64,000 bases of DNA from Histomonas meleagridis 2922-C6/04-290x (taxonomy: Eukaryota > Protista > Parabasalia). The stretch lies in assembly GCA_020184695.1 (NCBI GenBank), contig JAANOX010000186.1, positions 1 to 64,000 of the forward strand, read 5' to 3'. Within the stretch, counting starts at the first letter, position 1. Every line of letters begins with the position of its first letter. This document shows, one piece after another, positions 10,788-22,500 of the stretch. Position numbers and translations under genes: made by a program. The notes beneath the pieces were generated by a model that saw only the letters and a list, made by a program, of their open reading frames with translations, had not been told where the DNA came from and searched no databases.

Positions 10788-12938
10788 TCAAATCCATTGA
10801 TCATTTTCGTTCGAAGCAAGTTCTTGGAGTTCTTTAATTTGTTTATCTTGACTGCTTGATGAAAAAGGATTTGATATATCTTTCATATTTGAATTCGATG
10901 TTTCAATTTTACTATTACCTTTGCGAATAAGAAAAACAATAATTCCAATAATTAGAAAAATGACAATAATTACACCACAAATAATTCCAATTATTATATT
11001 ATTCGATAATTTTCCTGTTCCTTCTGTCGTAAATGGAATTCCTGAATTAGGAATGAAATTGAAATAAAAAGAATAATATGTGGAATATCGATAAATCGTA
11101 TAATCATAATAAATAATTTCGGTATAAATATATGTGGAAAGTGTTTGAATTAATGTATTTGATAAAAATGATTGAAATGTTAACGTTTGTGTAATTAATA
11201 ATGAAAATGTTATAGTAATATTAGTTTTACTAAATATATCTGAATCAATAAACAAATTTGATTTAGTAAATGTATTTGATTCAGTAAATGAATTCGATTT
11301 AGTAAATGTATTTGATATAGTAAATGTATTTGATATAGTAAATGTATTTGATTTAGTAAATGTATTTGATATAGTAAATGGATTTGATTTAGTAAATGTA
11401 GTTGAATAAGTATTTGATTGTGTAAATGAATTTGTTTGTGTAAATGAATTTGATTGTGTGAATGTATGTGTTGGCCAGACATATTGAGAACATTCTTCAA
11501 CTGATGAACCCTTTGATACATTAAGTGAACCAAATTTTGTATCTTGATATAAATCTGATGTCATAACATAATGTGCCCCCACATCAGAAAAAGCATTATT
11601 ACTTATGTTAGTTGGTGATTCATGTCCTGTAAAATAAATACATGTTAAATTATTACAAAGAGAAAATGCATAACTTCCAATTGTTTTTACATTTTCTCCA
11701 ATGATAAATGTTTTTAAATGTTTACATGAAGAAAAAGCACTTTTTCCAATTGTTATTACATTTTTTCCAATGATAACTGATTCTAAGTTGAAACATGAAT
11801 GAAACGCAGAATATTCAATTGTTATAACAGAATTTGAAATTGTAAGATTTATTAATGATAAACATGAATAAAATGCATAATCACCAATTGTTGTAACTGA
11901 ATTTGGAATTGTAAATGTTTCATTAGAAATTCCTTGTGGATAACACATAATTGTTGTATAATTTTTGTTATGAAGAATCCCATTGTTATCATTAGAATAA
12001 TATTCATTTTCTTCTGATACATTAATAAATTGAAGGTTCGAACATTGTCTAAAAGGATTTATTCCAATTGATGAAACTGATTTTGGAATTGTAATATTTA
12101 TTAATGATGAACATGATTGAAATGCATAATCTCCTATTGATATTACATTTTCACCAATGAAAACTGTTTCTAATTGAGAACATTGATAAAATGCATAATC
12201 TCCAATTGTTGTTACATAATTTGGAATTGTAATATTTATTAATGATGAACATAATTGAAATGCATAATCTCCTATTGATATTACATTTTCACCAAAGATA
12301 ACTGTTTCTAATTGAGAACATTGATAAAATGCATAACTTCCAATTGTTGTCACATTTTCTCCAATGATAACTGTTTCTAATTGAGAACATAAAAAAAATA
12401 AATAATCACCAATTGTTATAACTGAATTTGATATTATAAATGATTTATTAGAAATTCCATATGGATAACTTATAATCATTTTGTGATTTTTATTATAAAG
12501 AATTCCTTTGTTATCATTAGAATAATATTCATTTTCTTCTGATACATTAATAAATTGAAGGTTCGAACATTGTCTAAAAGGATTTATTCCAATTGATGAA
12601 ACTGATTTTGGAATTGTAATATTTATTAATGATGAACATAATTGAAATGCAAAACTTCCAATTTTTGTTACATTTTTCCCAATGATAACTGTTTTTATGT
12701 TAGAACAATAACTAAATGCATAATTTTCAATATTTGTAACTGAATTACCAATTTCAACCGATTTCAATGAATTCCATGATTTAAAAGCATTTGATGTTAT
12801 ATTTTCAACACCACTCTTAATGATAACATGTTCTGTTTCATTTTTAAAATTATCTCTTTCGAAATATTCACTTAAATTAGTTATAATAAGAGTTTCATTT
12901 CTTGAATGATATGTTTCAATTGTTCGTGTATAAGACAA
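10788..12938 (-). CDS. BspA-like (TpLRR) type I surface protein
   Basis: 23-aa repeats (xxxIgxxAFxxCxxLxxxxI), S/T-rich stalk, TM helix IIIGIICGVIIVIFLIIGIIVFLI, and a short tail with NPF. No in-frame ATG at the 5' end. Confidence 0.85.
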   Translation of the reverse strand: MSYTRTIETYHSRNETLIITNLSEYFERDNFKNETEHVIIKSGVENITSNAFKSWNSLKSVEIGNSVTNIENYAFSYCSNIKTVIIGKNVTKIGSFAFQLCSSLINITIPKSVSSIGINPFRQCSNLQFINVSEENEYYSNDNKGILYNKNHKMIISYPYGISNKSFIISNSVITIGDYLFFLCSQLETVIIGENVTTIGSYAFYQCSQLETVIFGENVISIGDYAFQLCSSLINITIPNYVTTIGDYAFYQCSQLETVFIGENVISIGDYAFQSCSSLINITIPKSVSSIGINPFRQCSNLQFINVSEENEYYSNDNNGILHNKNYTTIMCYPQGISNETFTIPNSVTTIGDYAFYSCLSLINLTISNSVITIEYSAFHSCFNLESVIIGKNVITIGKSAFSSCKHLKTFIIGENVKTIGSYAFSLCNNLTCIYFTGHESPTNISNNAFSDVGAHYVMTSDLYQDTKFGSLNVSKGSSVEECSQYVWPTHTFTQSNSFTQTNSFTQSNTYSTTFTKSNPFTISNTFTKSNTFTISNTFTISNTFTKSNSFTESNTFTKSNLFIDSDIFSKTNITITFSLLITQTLTFQSFLSNTLIQTLSTYIYTEIIYYDYTIYRYSTYYSFYFNFIPNSGIPFTTEGTGKLSNNIIIGIICGVIIVIFLIIGIIVFLIRKGNSKIETSNSNMKDISNPFSSSSQDKQIKELQELASNENDQWI
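11260..11466 (-). repeat. 18-bp coding minisatellite encoding (T/K/Q)SN(T/S/P)F(T) mucin-like stalk
   Basis: Units such as GATTTAGTAAATGTATTT and GATATAGTAAATGTATTT repeat about 11 times. Confidence 0.85.
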
Positions 12939-14116
12939 AAAAAATAAAATAAGAAAAAATTTTTGTTTAAATTTTTCTTTGTTATGTTTAGAAATATTTT
13001 CGATAAATTAATTTTATAATATAAATAATAACAAAAAAACATAAAATCATTAAAACATTTAAATAACTTCGAATAAAATTTAAAAAGACAGAAAAGTATT
13101 CGAAAATAAAATAAGTTTCAATATTTGTTGAATGTTTTTTTAGGATATCAATTAAAGAAATAGTTGAATTAAAAGCTAAAAAATTTGTTTTGATTAATAA
13201 AGAAGTGTCTTCTATAAAATATAAACCACTTGAAAAAATATTGAAGCTCTTGAATTTATAATATATTAAACAAAAACAAAAAAAAAAACAAAATTATAAA
13301 AAAATGAAGCATACAATTTTGTTTTATAAAAGATTGGATCATGTTTTGTAAGTAATCTGTGTATTGAATAAGGTTTAGTTTGAAATATTGAATTTTGAAA
13401 TAATGTTTTGATATGATTTAATATCGAATTTTTTTGGAGACTTAGAGAATCATATGGAATATATGTAAATGACATAAGTCCCAAAAAGCAAGTGTACATG
13501 ATAATAAAAGTTATTTAACTTTAATAACCCAAAATATTTTTAAAGTCAAGTAGTTTCAGAAGAAAAATTTTGGGCTTCTGTATTTTCAATGATTAACAGT
13601 TGTTATAAATATTTGAATAGTTTATATTTTCGATCGCTTTTTGGCAGCGCAACGTGTTTTGAAAAACCGGCGTAATGACGAATTGAATACTTATCGTATT
13701 TTTATGACGACAGTTTGCATTTTTGCGTCGTAATTGATCGTTTCAGATTGAAAAAAAAATTCAAAAAGTCACTCAAATGCGATAGTGTTTTTCCGATTTT
13801 GTCACCGAAGAAGGAACCGCCTATCATTCAATTCATTCAAAAAATCAATTGCTGTCAAAATTTAACAACCATGTGAATAATACAAAATGAAAAAGATCTT
13901 TCTCACGTATGTGATGTCAAACAATACAGGTTCATGCTGTGCAATTGTGACAATTCCTCTCAAACACACAGTATCAATGTAAAGTAGTAACTGGGGAATT
14001 CACCTGGTCTTTAACATACAGAAGCAATATCAATTAACGTGATATGATTGTTTATGCAAACTAAGTTTGAAAAAGAAATAGCATTTGAGAATGTAATCTT
14101 GTGAGAACAAATATGT

Positions 14117-14305
14117 TCGATGAGGCTGATGTCAAATGTGAAGGTCTTTTTATTTCATTTCGAAAGAAGCTCATTGAATTATGCTGCAATTTCACGTCAA
14201 TTACTGAAGCTCCATCAAAAACATGTTAATCGAGGTCGCTATTATTTTTTAGTAGATAATATGGACGATGAGGATCTTAATGAATGGGAAAAATTTGATT
14301 TTTAA
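14117..14305 (+). pseudogene. Decayed, internally deleted relic of glucosidase II beta
   Basis: 14117-14240 aligns with indels to about 9114-9255 and is then fused to the copy of the gene's last codons (DNMDDEDLNEWEKF). Confidence 0.8.
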
Positions 14306-14410
14306 TAAATTTTGTATATTTATCATGTTTCATATTATGTTTTTATATATTATATTTAATTTATAAATAGTATTTATTTAAAATTATCAATTATTATATT
14401 TAATTCCGTA

Positions 14411-15148
14411 TCAAAGTGATATCCTCCCTGATGCAGCATCACGAAGAAGTCGTCGCACAAATTTACAAAACTTTCGACGTGTGGGAACTGTCATAATGCT
14501 GAAATCAAATACTAAACTAGGATCGAAAATGACAGCTTCTGGTTGAATTTTCTGTAAATATATGCCTGCGTATGCTAATAACTCGTGTGAGTGCAAAAGG
14601 CTCAAAAGATACTTTGTGTTTGCGATTGAATAAAGTAATCGAGTCTGGTTCACAATTTCAGATGCACCTTCTTTTGATTCACCTTCTTCTTCCTCCTCTT
14701 CCTCCCCTTCTTTTCCCTCTTCTTCTTTACCACCTTCCTCCTTTGTAGTTTCTTTTAATTCTAATACTATTGATAATTCATTCTGAATATCTGCAAGTTT
14801 TTCATCAAAGCTACTTAAAAGCAAGGTTGGGTCGTTAGAGTTTGGTGATTTTTTCTTGATAAGCTCCTCAAAAAAATTTGAAAGATATATAGCAGCTTCT
14901 TTCTTAAAAGGATCAACAAATTCAATTTGTAGTTGATTTCCTAGAAGCAAGCGTATATCAGAAATGAAATTTATAGGCGATTTATAATGATGAGTATTTA
15001 ATTTATCGGAAATAAAGTGTAAAGTTATTGGTTTTTCAATTTTTTCTCTAGAAACATCCAATGGGCATTCTAAGAACAATTTAGAAATGGGTATACTAAG
15101 AATTTTGTGTAGGATTTGTTCGCAGATTTCTTGTTGTTCTTTGTTCAT
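14411..15148 (-). CDS. Divergent bromodomain protein with acidic low-complexity insert
   Basis: KPITLHFISDKLNTHHYKSPINFISDIRLLLGN resembles the bromodomain pattern P.dL..I..kL....Y.s...F..DirL...N; poly-Glu tract present. Confidence 0.7.
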   Translation of the reverse strand: MNKEQQEICEQILHKILSIPISKLFLECPLDVSREKIEKPITLHFISDKLNTHHYKSPINFISDIRLLLGNQLQIEFVDPFKKEAAIYLSNFFEELIKKKSPNSNDPTLLLSSFDEKLADIQNELSIVLELKETTKEEGGKEEEGKEGEEEEEEEGESKEGASEIVNQTRLLYSIANTKYLLSLLHSHELLAYAGIYLQKIQPEAVIFDPSLVFDFSIMTVPTRRKFCKFVRRLLRDAASGRISL

Positions 15149-15227
15149 ATAAAAGACGTTAAAAAAGAGCCCGTTTAATTATTTCACAAAAAAATAAACG
15201 TTTTTTCACATCAAAATCCATTTGAGA

Positions 15228-16517
15228 ATGTCTGTTCAAAACAAAAAGTAATTGGATTTACATAGTAACTTTCTTGAAAGGAGAATTTTATACAGCACGC
15301 CAACATTTACTAAAGAAGTTTCTGGACAAATTTCAATTCCAATAATTAATATTCAAAAATGTTTTTCAGATTCAGATATTGAAGCATATTCTAATTTATT
15401 CGAATTATATGATTATATATATAATCTAAGTGGTAAAGAATATGAAAGCTTTTGTGAATCATTTCCATATAATGATTTTTTTTTATTATCAGTCAAACAT
15501 ATGGGAACATCCGAAGGTAAACTCGCCTACCTTTGCTTTTCTTCGTGTGCACAGTCTAGTCACTTTCCAGCTCGACAGTTTTGCACCCCTGATCATTTAG
15601 CTTTATTTTTAAAATTACTAAACTCACCAAGTATTGATGTTATCGATGCTTCTCTTGGAATCTGCAAATCTGTTGGTTATGCCATTCCTGATGCACTTCA
15701 ATATTTTATTGAAAATGGGATAATTGAAAAAATGCATTTCTTAAACAATTCCATTCAGTATGCATCCATGACAGCTTTACTTTCATCACATATTCATCCC
15801 AAAATAGAACAAGTTCTTAATTTGATTCCAATTGTTTTATCATCAGATGAAACTGATATTCTGAACACTGGTTTTTTATCCATTAGATACATTAATAATA
15901 ATTGTCCACAGCTTCAGCCTCGAACCAGCACAATTTTACTTAATCATTCTAAACATTTTTTTTCTCTATCAGATATAAAATTCGAAGAAATTGCCAAACA
16001 ATACTTTTCTTTGCTTGCTGAAATTCCTTTACCTAATGAATTTATTCGTCCTATTCTTCAAAAAATGTTGTGTCAAGAAGGCACTAAAGTTATTCTCTAT
16101 GGGAATTTAATTTTTCGGAAACAAAAACAGAATTGGCTTGGCATAGCTGATGATTTTTTGACTGGCTATCTAATTGGGCTTGTTGAAACAGATCGCTATG
16201 ACGTACAAAAAAGCTGTATTATGACAATTATGCTTTATTATCATTTGGATACATTTGATGCTCGAGTTATTTTAGCTGTTATAAAGTTTCTTGATGACTC
16301 TTTATTATGTTCAGTTTGTTTAGAGTTCTTAACGAAGAATTTAGAATATCAATTCAAAAATCCTGAATTTCTGAAATTGCTGGAAAATGCATTACCAATG
16401 ATCGAAGATCTTGTTGTATCTGAAGATGACAATGTTAGTAATTCATCAGAGAAGTTCTTAGATATGTATTCTAAGGCATTACAACAGTTGTCAACATCAA
16501 ATGAAAATCAAGATTAA
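15228..16517 (+). CDS. ARM/HEAT-like helical-repeat protein (importin-alpha-like family, tentative)
   Basis: All-helical 421-aa ORF. The only upstream in-frame ATG (15228) is separated by TAA 15249-15251, which sits inside a possible 18-nt GT-AG intron (15248-15265). Confidence 0.55.
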
Positions 16518-16597
16518 CGTTCGCCTGGCACTTTTCACCAACTTCACCGACAGCTTCACCCGTGATCTAACTGCACACAATCGAGTTGTAACTGTGT

Positions 16598-19500
16598 ATG
16601 GACGAGAGATATTTACTTTGCCGTGATATCAAATGTTTGATTGATGGATTTCAGGTCGAATCTTCTTTGCTTGACCTTGAAAAGGCGATTAATGCACTTT
16701 TATACTTTGAACAAAAATATTCACCTTTTCAAGGATATGAAGATATGCTCAATTGTTGTCTTGGAGTTATGATTAATTATGGTATTAGAAGTTCAATTGA
16801 TCTTCTTGAAATGAAAAACAATCAAAATTACCCATTAGGAAAGAAGTTTATGAAGATGATATCCATATTTATATCATTCTATACCCCATACAACAAAGAA
16901 TTGTTTCTAAAATCATTAATAAAAATCATATCAGATTCATTAGATGGAATACCAATTAAAATACCAACAATTATATCATCAGAAGGAGAAAAAGAAATTC
17001 CTTTAGATGATAACTCACATTTAAGTGCATTAAAATTTCTTATTCAAATGTTAACATTAATAATTGCACAACAAATTTCAACAGATCCGGGACTTCTTTT
17101 TATATCTTTTAAATGTATTCGTCATCAGAATAATAGTGTTCAATATTTAGGATTAAAACTTTTGTCAAAGATTTCATTTTATTCAATACAAATAGCATTC
17201 CAAGAAGTTCGTATTCTAATCGAGTATCTAAAAACTCCTTTTTTAGAAGTTTTTGAAGAATTTCCAAAATCAGATATATTTTGGTCAATATCATTTGACA
17301 ATTCAATTCGTCATCTTCCTAATGATATCCAAGTATTAATTGGTAGAGAATTACTTGGTATTATATCAGCAGTTCCAGGGATATCAGAACATCAAAACAC
17401 ATCAAAAGTTTTCTTTGATCTTATTGAAAAATTTCTGATAAACGATAGAACTTCATATCACATTTCATCTCCAATATTTATTAAAATATTTCCAAGTTTT
17501 TATATGTCAACAGATTTTATTCGAATCTGTAAACAAATATCAATCTATGATACCAATTTTTCTAATAAGTTATTAAGGACATATTCGAATGACATTAAAT
17601 ATCTTTATTCGATCTCACAAATTATAAATCTTAAACAAATAAATAACTTAATACCAAATGAAAATATGAATCCGATTTATATATATCCATTAATTTCATT
17701 ATATAAAAATGAAGAAACGATTCCAAAACAACTTAAAAATTATGTAAAAGAATCGATTTTAATACAATTACCTGAACCACAATATATTAAATCATTATTA
17801 CCATTTGCATTTGACGAAATACTTTCACAAATTGTTAATTATCCACCAAATGATTTTCTTTATATTATTAATTTAATCAAAGATATTAAAAAATGGAATG
17901 AAATCCAAAACAATTATCAAGAACAAATACTTCAATATGTAATAAATTCGGGATCAATTGAATTAATATCATTTATTATATTATATTCCAAACAATATGA
18001 TAAGTTTAAAGAAATAATTCAACAAAATTCAAGTGATATTAATTCATATGAATCCAAAAGTTATATTAATGTATTACCAATATTATTTACTAATTTTAAT
18101 GAATTAATTCCGAGCACATTAATTATAAATTTATTACAAACAACAAAATTTTATATTATTAATAATATAATAGAAAACAAAAATTATTGGCAAATATTTC
18201 TTCAACAATTTTTACAAATATTTATAGAATCAAATGATTATATATTTTCATGTTCATTATATTATTTAAAGAACAATTTAAAGTTACAAGAAATTGTTGT
18301 GTTAAATAAATTTTATGTTTCAAGACAAATATATAAATTAATATATGAAAATCAAAACATTAATCAAAAAGATCGATTCATTCGTTATTGTTCTTTATGT
18401 AGAGAACAATTCTTTAAGAACTTATTTGGTTTAGATCAATTAAAATATAATTTAATACCAGTATTAATTAGTGAAGAAAACATTACACAATTAAATAATT
18501 TTTCGAATTTATTAAAGAACTTAAATATAAATATATACAATAAAATTAAAAATATTTTAAATAATATAATGAATCAATTTGAAGTAAATACAAATTCTTA
18601 TAATTTATTATCTGAATTAATTAATAATTTCGAAAAGTTATTAAATATATTAAAAAATGATTTATCGAATATATTAAAATATAAAAATAGTAAAATATAT
18701 TTAAAAGATTTAAATAAGAAAATATTTGATATATTACGAATTCATTCCGAAAATATTAATTTCGAGTTAGAAATATTTAAAGAATTAAATCAAATTATAA
18801 TAAAAATATTTAATATAATTGAACAAGAACCAAATATAATATTTAATGAAGAAACAATTGATCATAAACCAATTGATTTAATATTATTAAAATTAATCAT
18901 TACTACAATTAATAATTCATATGAATTAATTAAAACTTCAATTAATGATATAATCATTGATTGTTCTTCTAATATATTTATATATTTATTTGGTTATATC
19001 AATAAAGAAAATGCTACAAAAGGAATATTAACATTAAATAAATTAAGTAATGATAAAAATGAACAACATTATGGACATAAATTATTAAAAGAATCGAAAT
19101 GTTTAGCAGAAGTATCATCACAAGTATTATTATTATTAGGACATCCAATTAAAAATATACAAATGTTAGCAATAAATGGTGTTAAAATGTTAGGATCTTT
19201 TCATAAAGCATTAAAAATCATAAACATTGATAATAACACAATAACTAATAAAAATAAAACAGAAATATTAAGTACCAAATTATGGGAGAAACATTTCTTA
19301 AATACAATATTAAAGTTTTCGATAATATTAGGGAATAAAAATGAACAAATTTGTTTAAAGTTAATGGTAATTAATTCATTAATCTTTAGTATTAAATCAA
19401 ATTATTTCATTAATTTAATTGATCAATTTTATCTTAAATTAACTTCATGTATCGATATTGCTATACAATATAATGAATTACGTAAGAAATGTATTAAATT

Positions 19501-22500
19501 TTGGATAATTTTCATTAAAGCTATTAAAACTTCAAATACATTAATTCGTTTATTCGGTCATGTTGTATCACAAACTATACAATTTTATGATATATATCCT
19601 AAAGAAGTTACTGAAATATTAAAACTTTTAATCTTTAATAACTCCGAAATAACAAAAGAATATTTTTATCAAATAGTAAATTTACCATTTTTTTATAAAC
19701 ATACTGAATTAAATATCTTTTTAAATGAATTAAAGAAAGGATCCAATGATAAAGATTGGAAAGAACAAATAAAACAATTATATTTACAATTAAATCAATC
19801 ATCAATAACATTTCGTAATTTAATATTAATACAAATCCATATAATATTACAAAAGAATAATTTAAATGAATTAGATATAAATTTCATTAATAAGTTATTT
19901 AAGAAATTATATAAATTAATATTAAATGAGAAAAATAATTACAATTTAATATTATGTGGTCAATGTATGGGATTATTAATACCATTTATTAATGATTTTA
20001 GTCAACCAGAAGAAGAAATTATTGAGAAAAATGATTATATTAATATAATATATAAATTAATTAATGATTATTTAATTAATATACTTGAAGATTCTTCAAC
20101 TATTTCTAATCATGATCATTCTGCTTATGTAATTCAAGAATTATTAAAACTTTTAGGTTGTAATAATAATGATAATAATAATAAAAATTGGAATTTATTT
20201 CCTAATTATATTAAAACTATTATAAATCCATTTAGAAAATCGACTTTTATAGCAGAAATGATTAAACCTTTAAATATTAATAAAGATTATATACCAATTA
20301 AAGAAAATAATTCATTTAATAATTGGTTACCTTTATTTACATTAAATTTATTATCGATATTAATTAATGATAAACAAATTAAAACTATAAATCAAATATT
20401 CTTTTGTTGTAATAAAGTATTAAAAGATTCATTATCAATTAATAAGTTTATATTACCATATATCATTGCAAATAATTATGAGAATGAATATTTCTTAAAA
20501 GTATTACGTATTGAATGGGAAACAATTTTTGGGAAAATAATTACAAAAAATAATTCAAATGAAATTATATTCTTAAGACAAATAATTTCATTATATTTTT
20601 CATTATTTGATAAATTATATAAATGGAATATAACACCTGGAGAAATTAAACGTAGAATTAATTGGCCGATATTAAAAATAGCAAATGATTTCGATTTATC
20701 TATAGCTGCATATAAATGTAAATTATATTATCATTCATTACAACATTTAGAGTTTTATATCTTTGATAATAAAATATATAATTTTTTGGATATACCTGAA
20801 ATTAAAGATTTACTTCAATCAATTTATATACATATTGATGAAGATTCATTAGAAATATTTAATGATATAAATAATAATCAAAATATTGAAGACTTTTCGA
20901 CAAAAGAAATCCAAATATTTTTTAATGATAATGATATTAATATTAATAATAAAATACAATTCATAAAGAAATTAATGAAATTTGGTCGTTATGAAAGAGC
21001 TTTAAATGATTCAATATCATTAAAAACGAAATATCCATTTAATGAGAAATTAAATATTATAATTTCAAATGCTTCAATTCGATTATTTAAATGGGATATA
21101 ATTAATGATTTAGATATGAAAAACTTAAAAAATTTATCAATACAAAATAAATTTGATTTATCTATGGGTAAATTATTAATTTCAATTAAAAATAATATAA
21201 ATAATAATTTATTCATAAAGAAAATTAATAATTTACGTAAATATTTATATCAAATATTAAAAAATAATTCAATAATTTCATATCCGAAAATTACATCAAT
21301 TTTAATATTATATAATTTACTTGATGAAATTGAAGAAATCCAAAGAACTAAAACAATACCAAATAATTGGAATCAATTTCCTTATTATAATAATACAATA
21401 AATATCGATATAATTGAACAAATTACTTCAATTAAATGTTCTTTAATTAATTTGATTATAAATGATAAAGAAAAATCAAATTTATTAATCTCTAAACAAT
21501 GGTTATATGTCTCTAAAATATCACGAAAAAACAATTTATTATATAAAGCTGAAATGTATTGTATTCGAGCAATGGAATTTTCGACTAATAATGAAATCCA
21601 AAAATCAAATTGTAAATATGAATTATCGAAAATATTATATTTAAAACCTAAAAATGGGATTCAAGCGTTAACATTATTACAACAAATATCTAAAAGTAAT
21701 AATATATTAAATTCTAAAATATTATATAAACAATCTAAATGGATGATAGATTTAAACACGTCTAATTTTAATGAATTAAATGAAATCTTAAATAAAGTAA
21801 TCCAAAATAATATAAATGATAATAATAACTTAAGTAAAACTTATTTTACTTTAGCTAATTTAATAGATCAAAGAATTATTTCTTATGTACATTATTTAGA
21901 ACAATTATCATTTGATCCAGTTACTTCTCATATTCGTAATAAAACAAATTCAACAAAATTTTGGAATTCATCAACATCAATTGAATATATCACTGATTTC
22001 TTTAAAGAACAAATACCATTAGCATTAAAGAATTATATCGAATCATTAAAATATTCATCGAAATATTCATATGAAATAATACCACGAATTTTAGAGTTAT
22101 TTTTTGATATTGGTAAATTATTTATAGAAGAAAATAATAACTTTAAACAAATTAATAAAAAACAAAAAGATTTAATCTTAACAGAGATCAAAAACTCAAT
22201 GAAAACTATTGATAAAATTCCATCGAAAGTTTGGATTAAATCAATAACACAATTAACTTCACGTATTGAACAACCTAAAGAATTAGAGAATATGTTATAT
22301 AAATTATTACGGATATGTTGTGAAGATTATTTACAACAATCATTATGGAACTTAATGACGTTATTACAAAGTGAATCGAGTACACGTAAAAATCGTTTTA
22401 ATACATTTTGGGAATATGTTCAATCAGATTTAGAGAACAAATATGGGAATAATATTATTAATATATATAATAACTTTATCCAAATTACAACTGAAATAAT

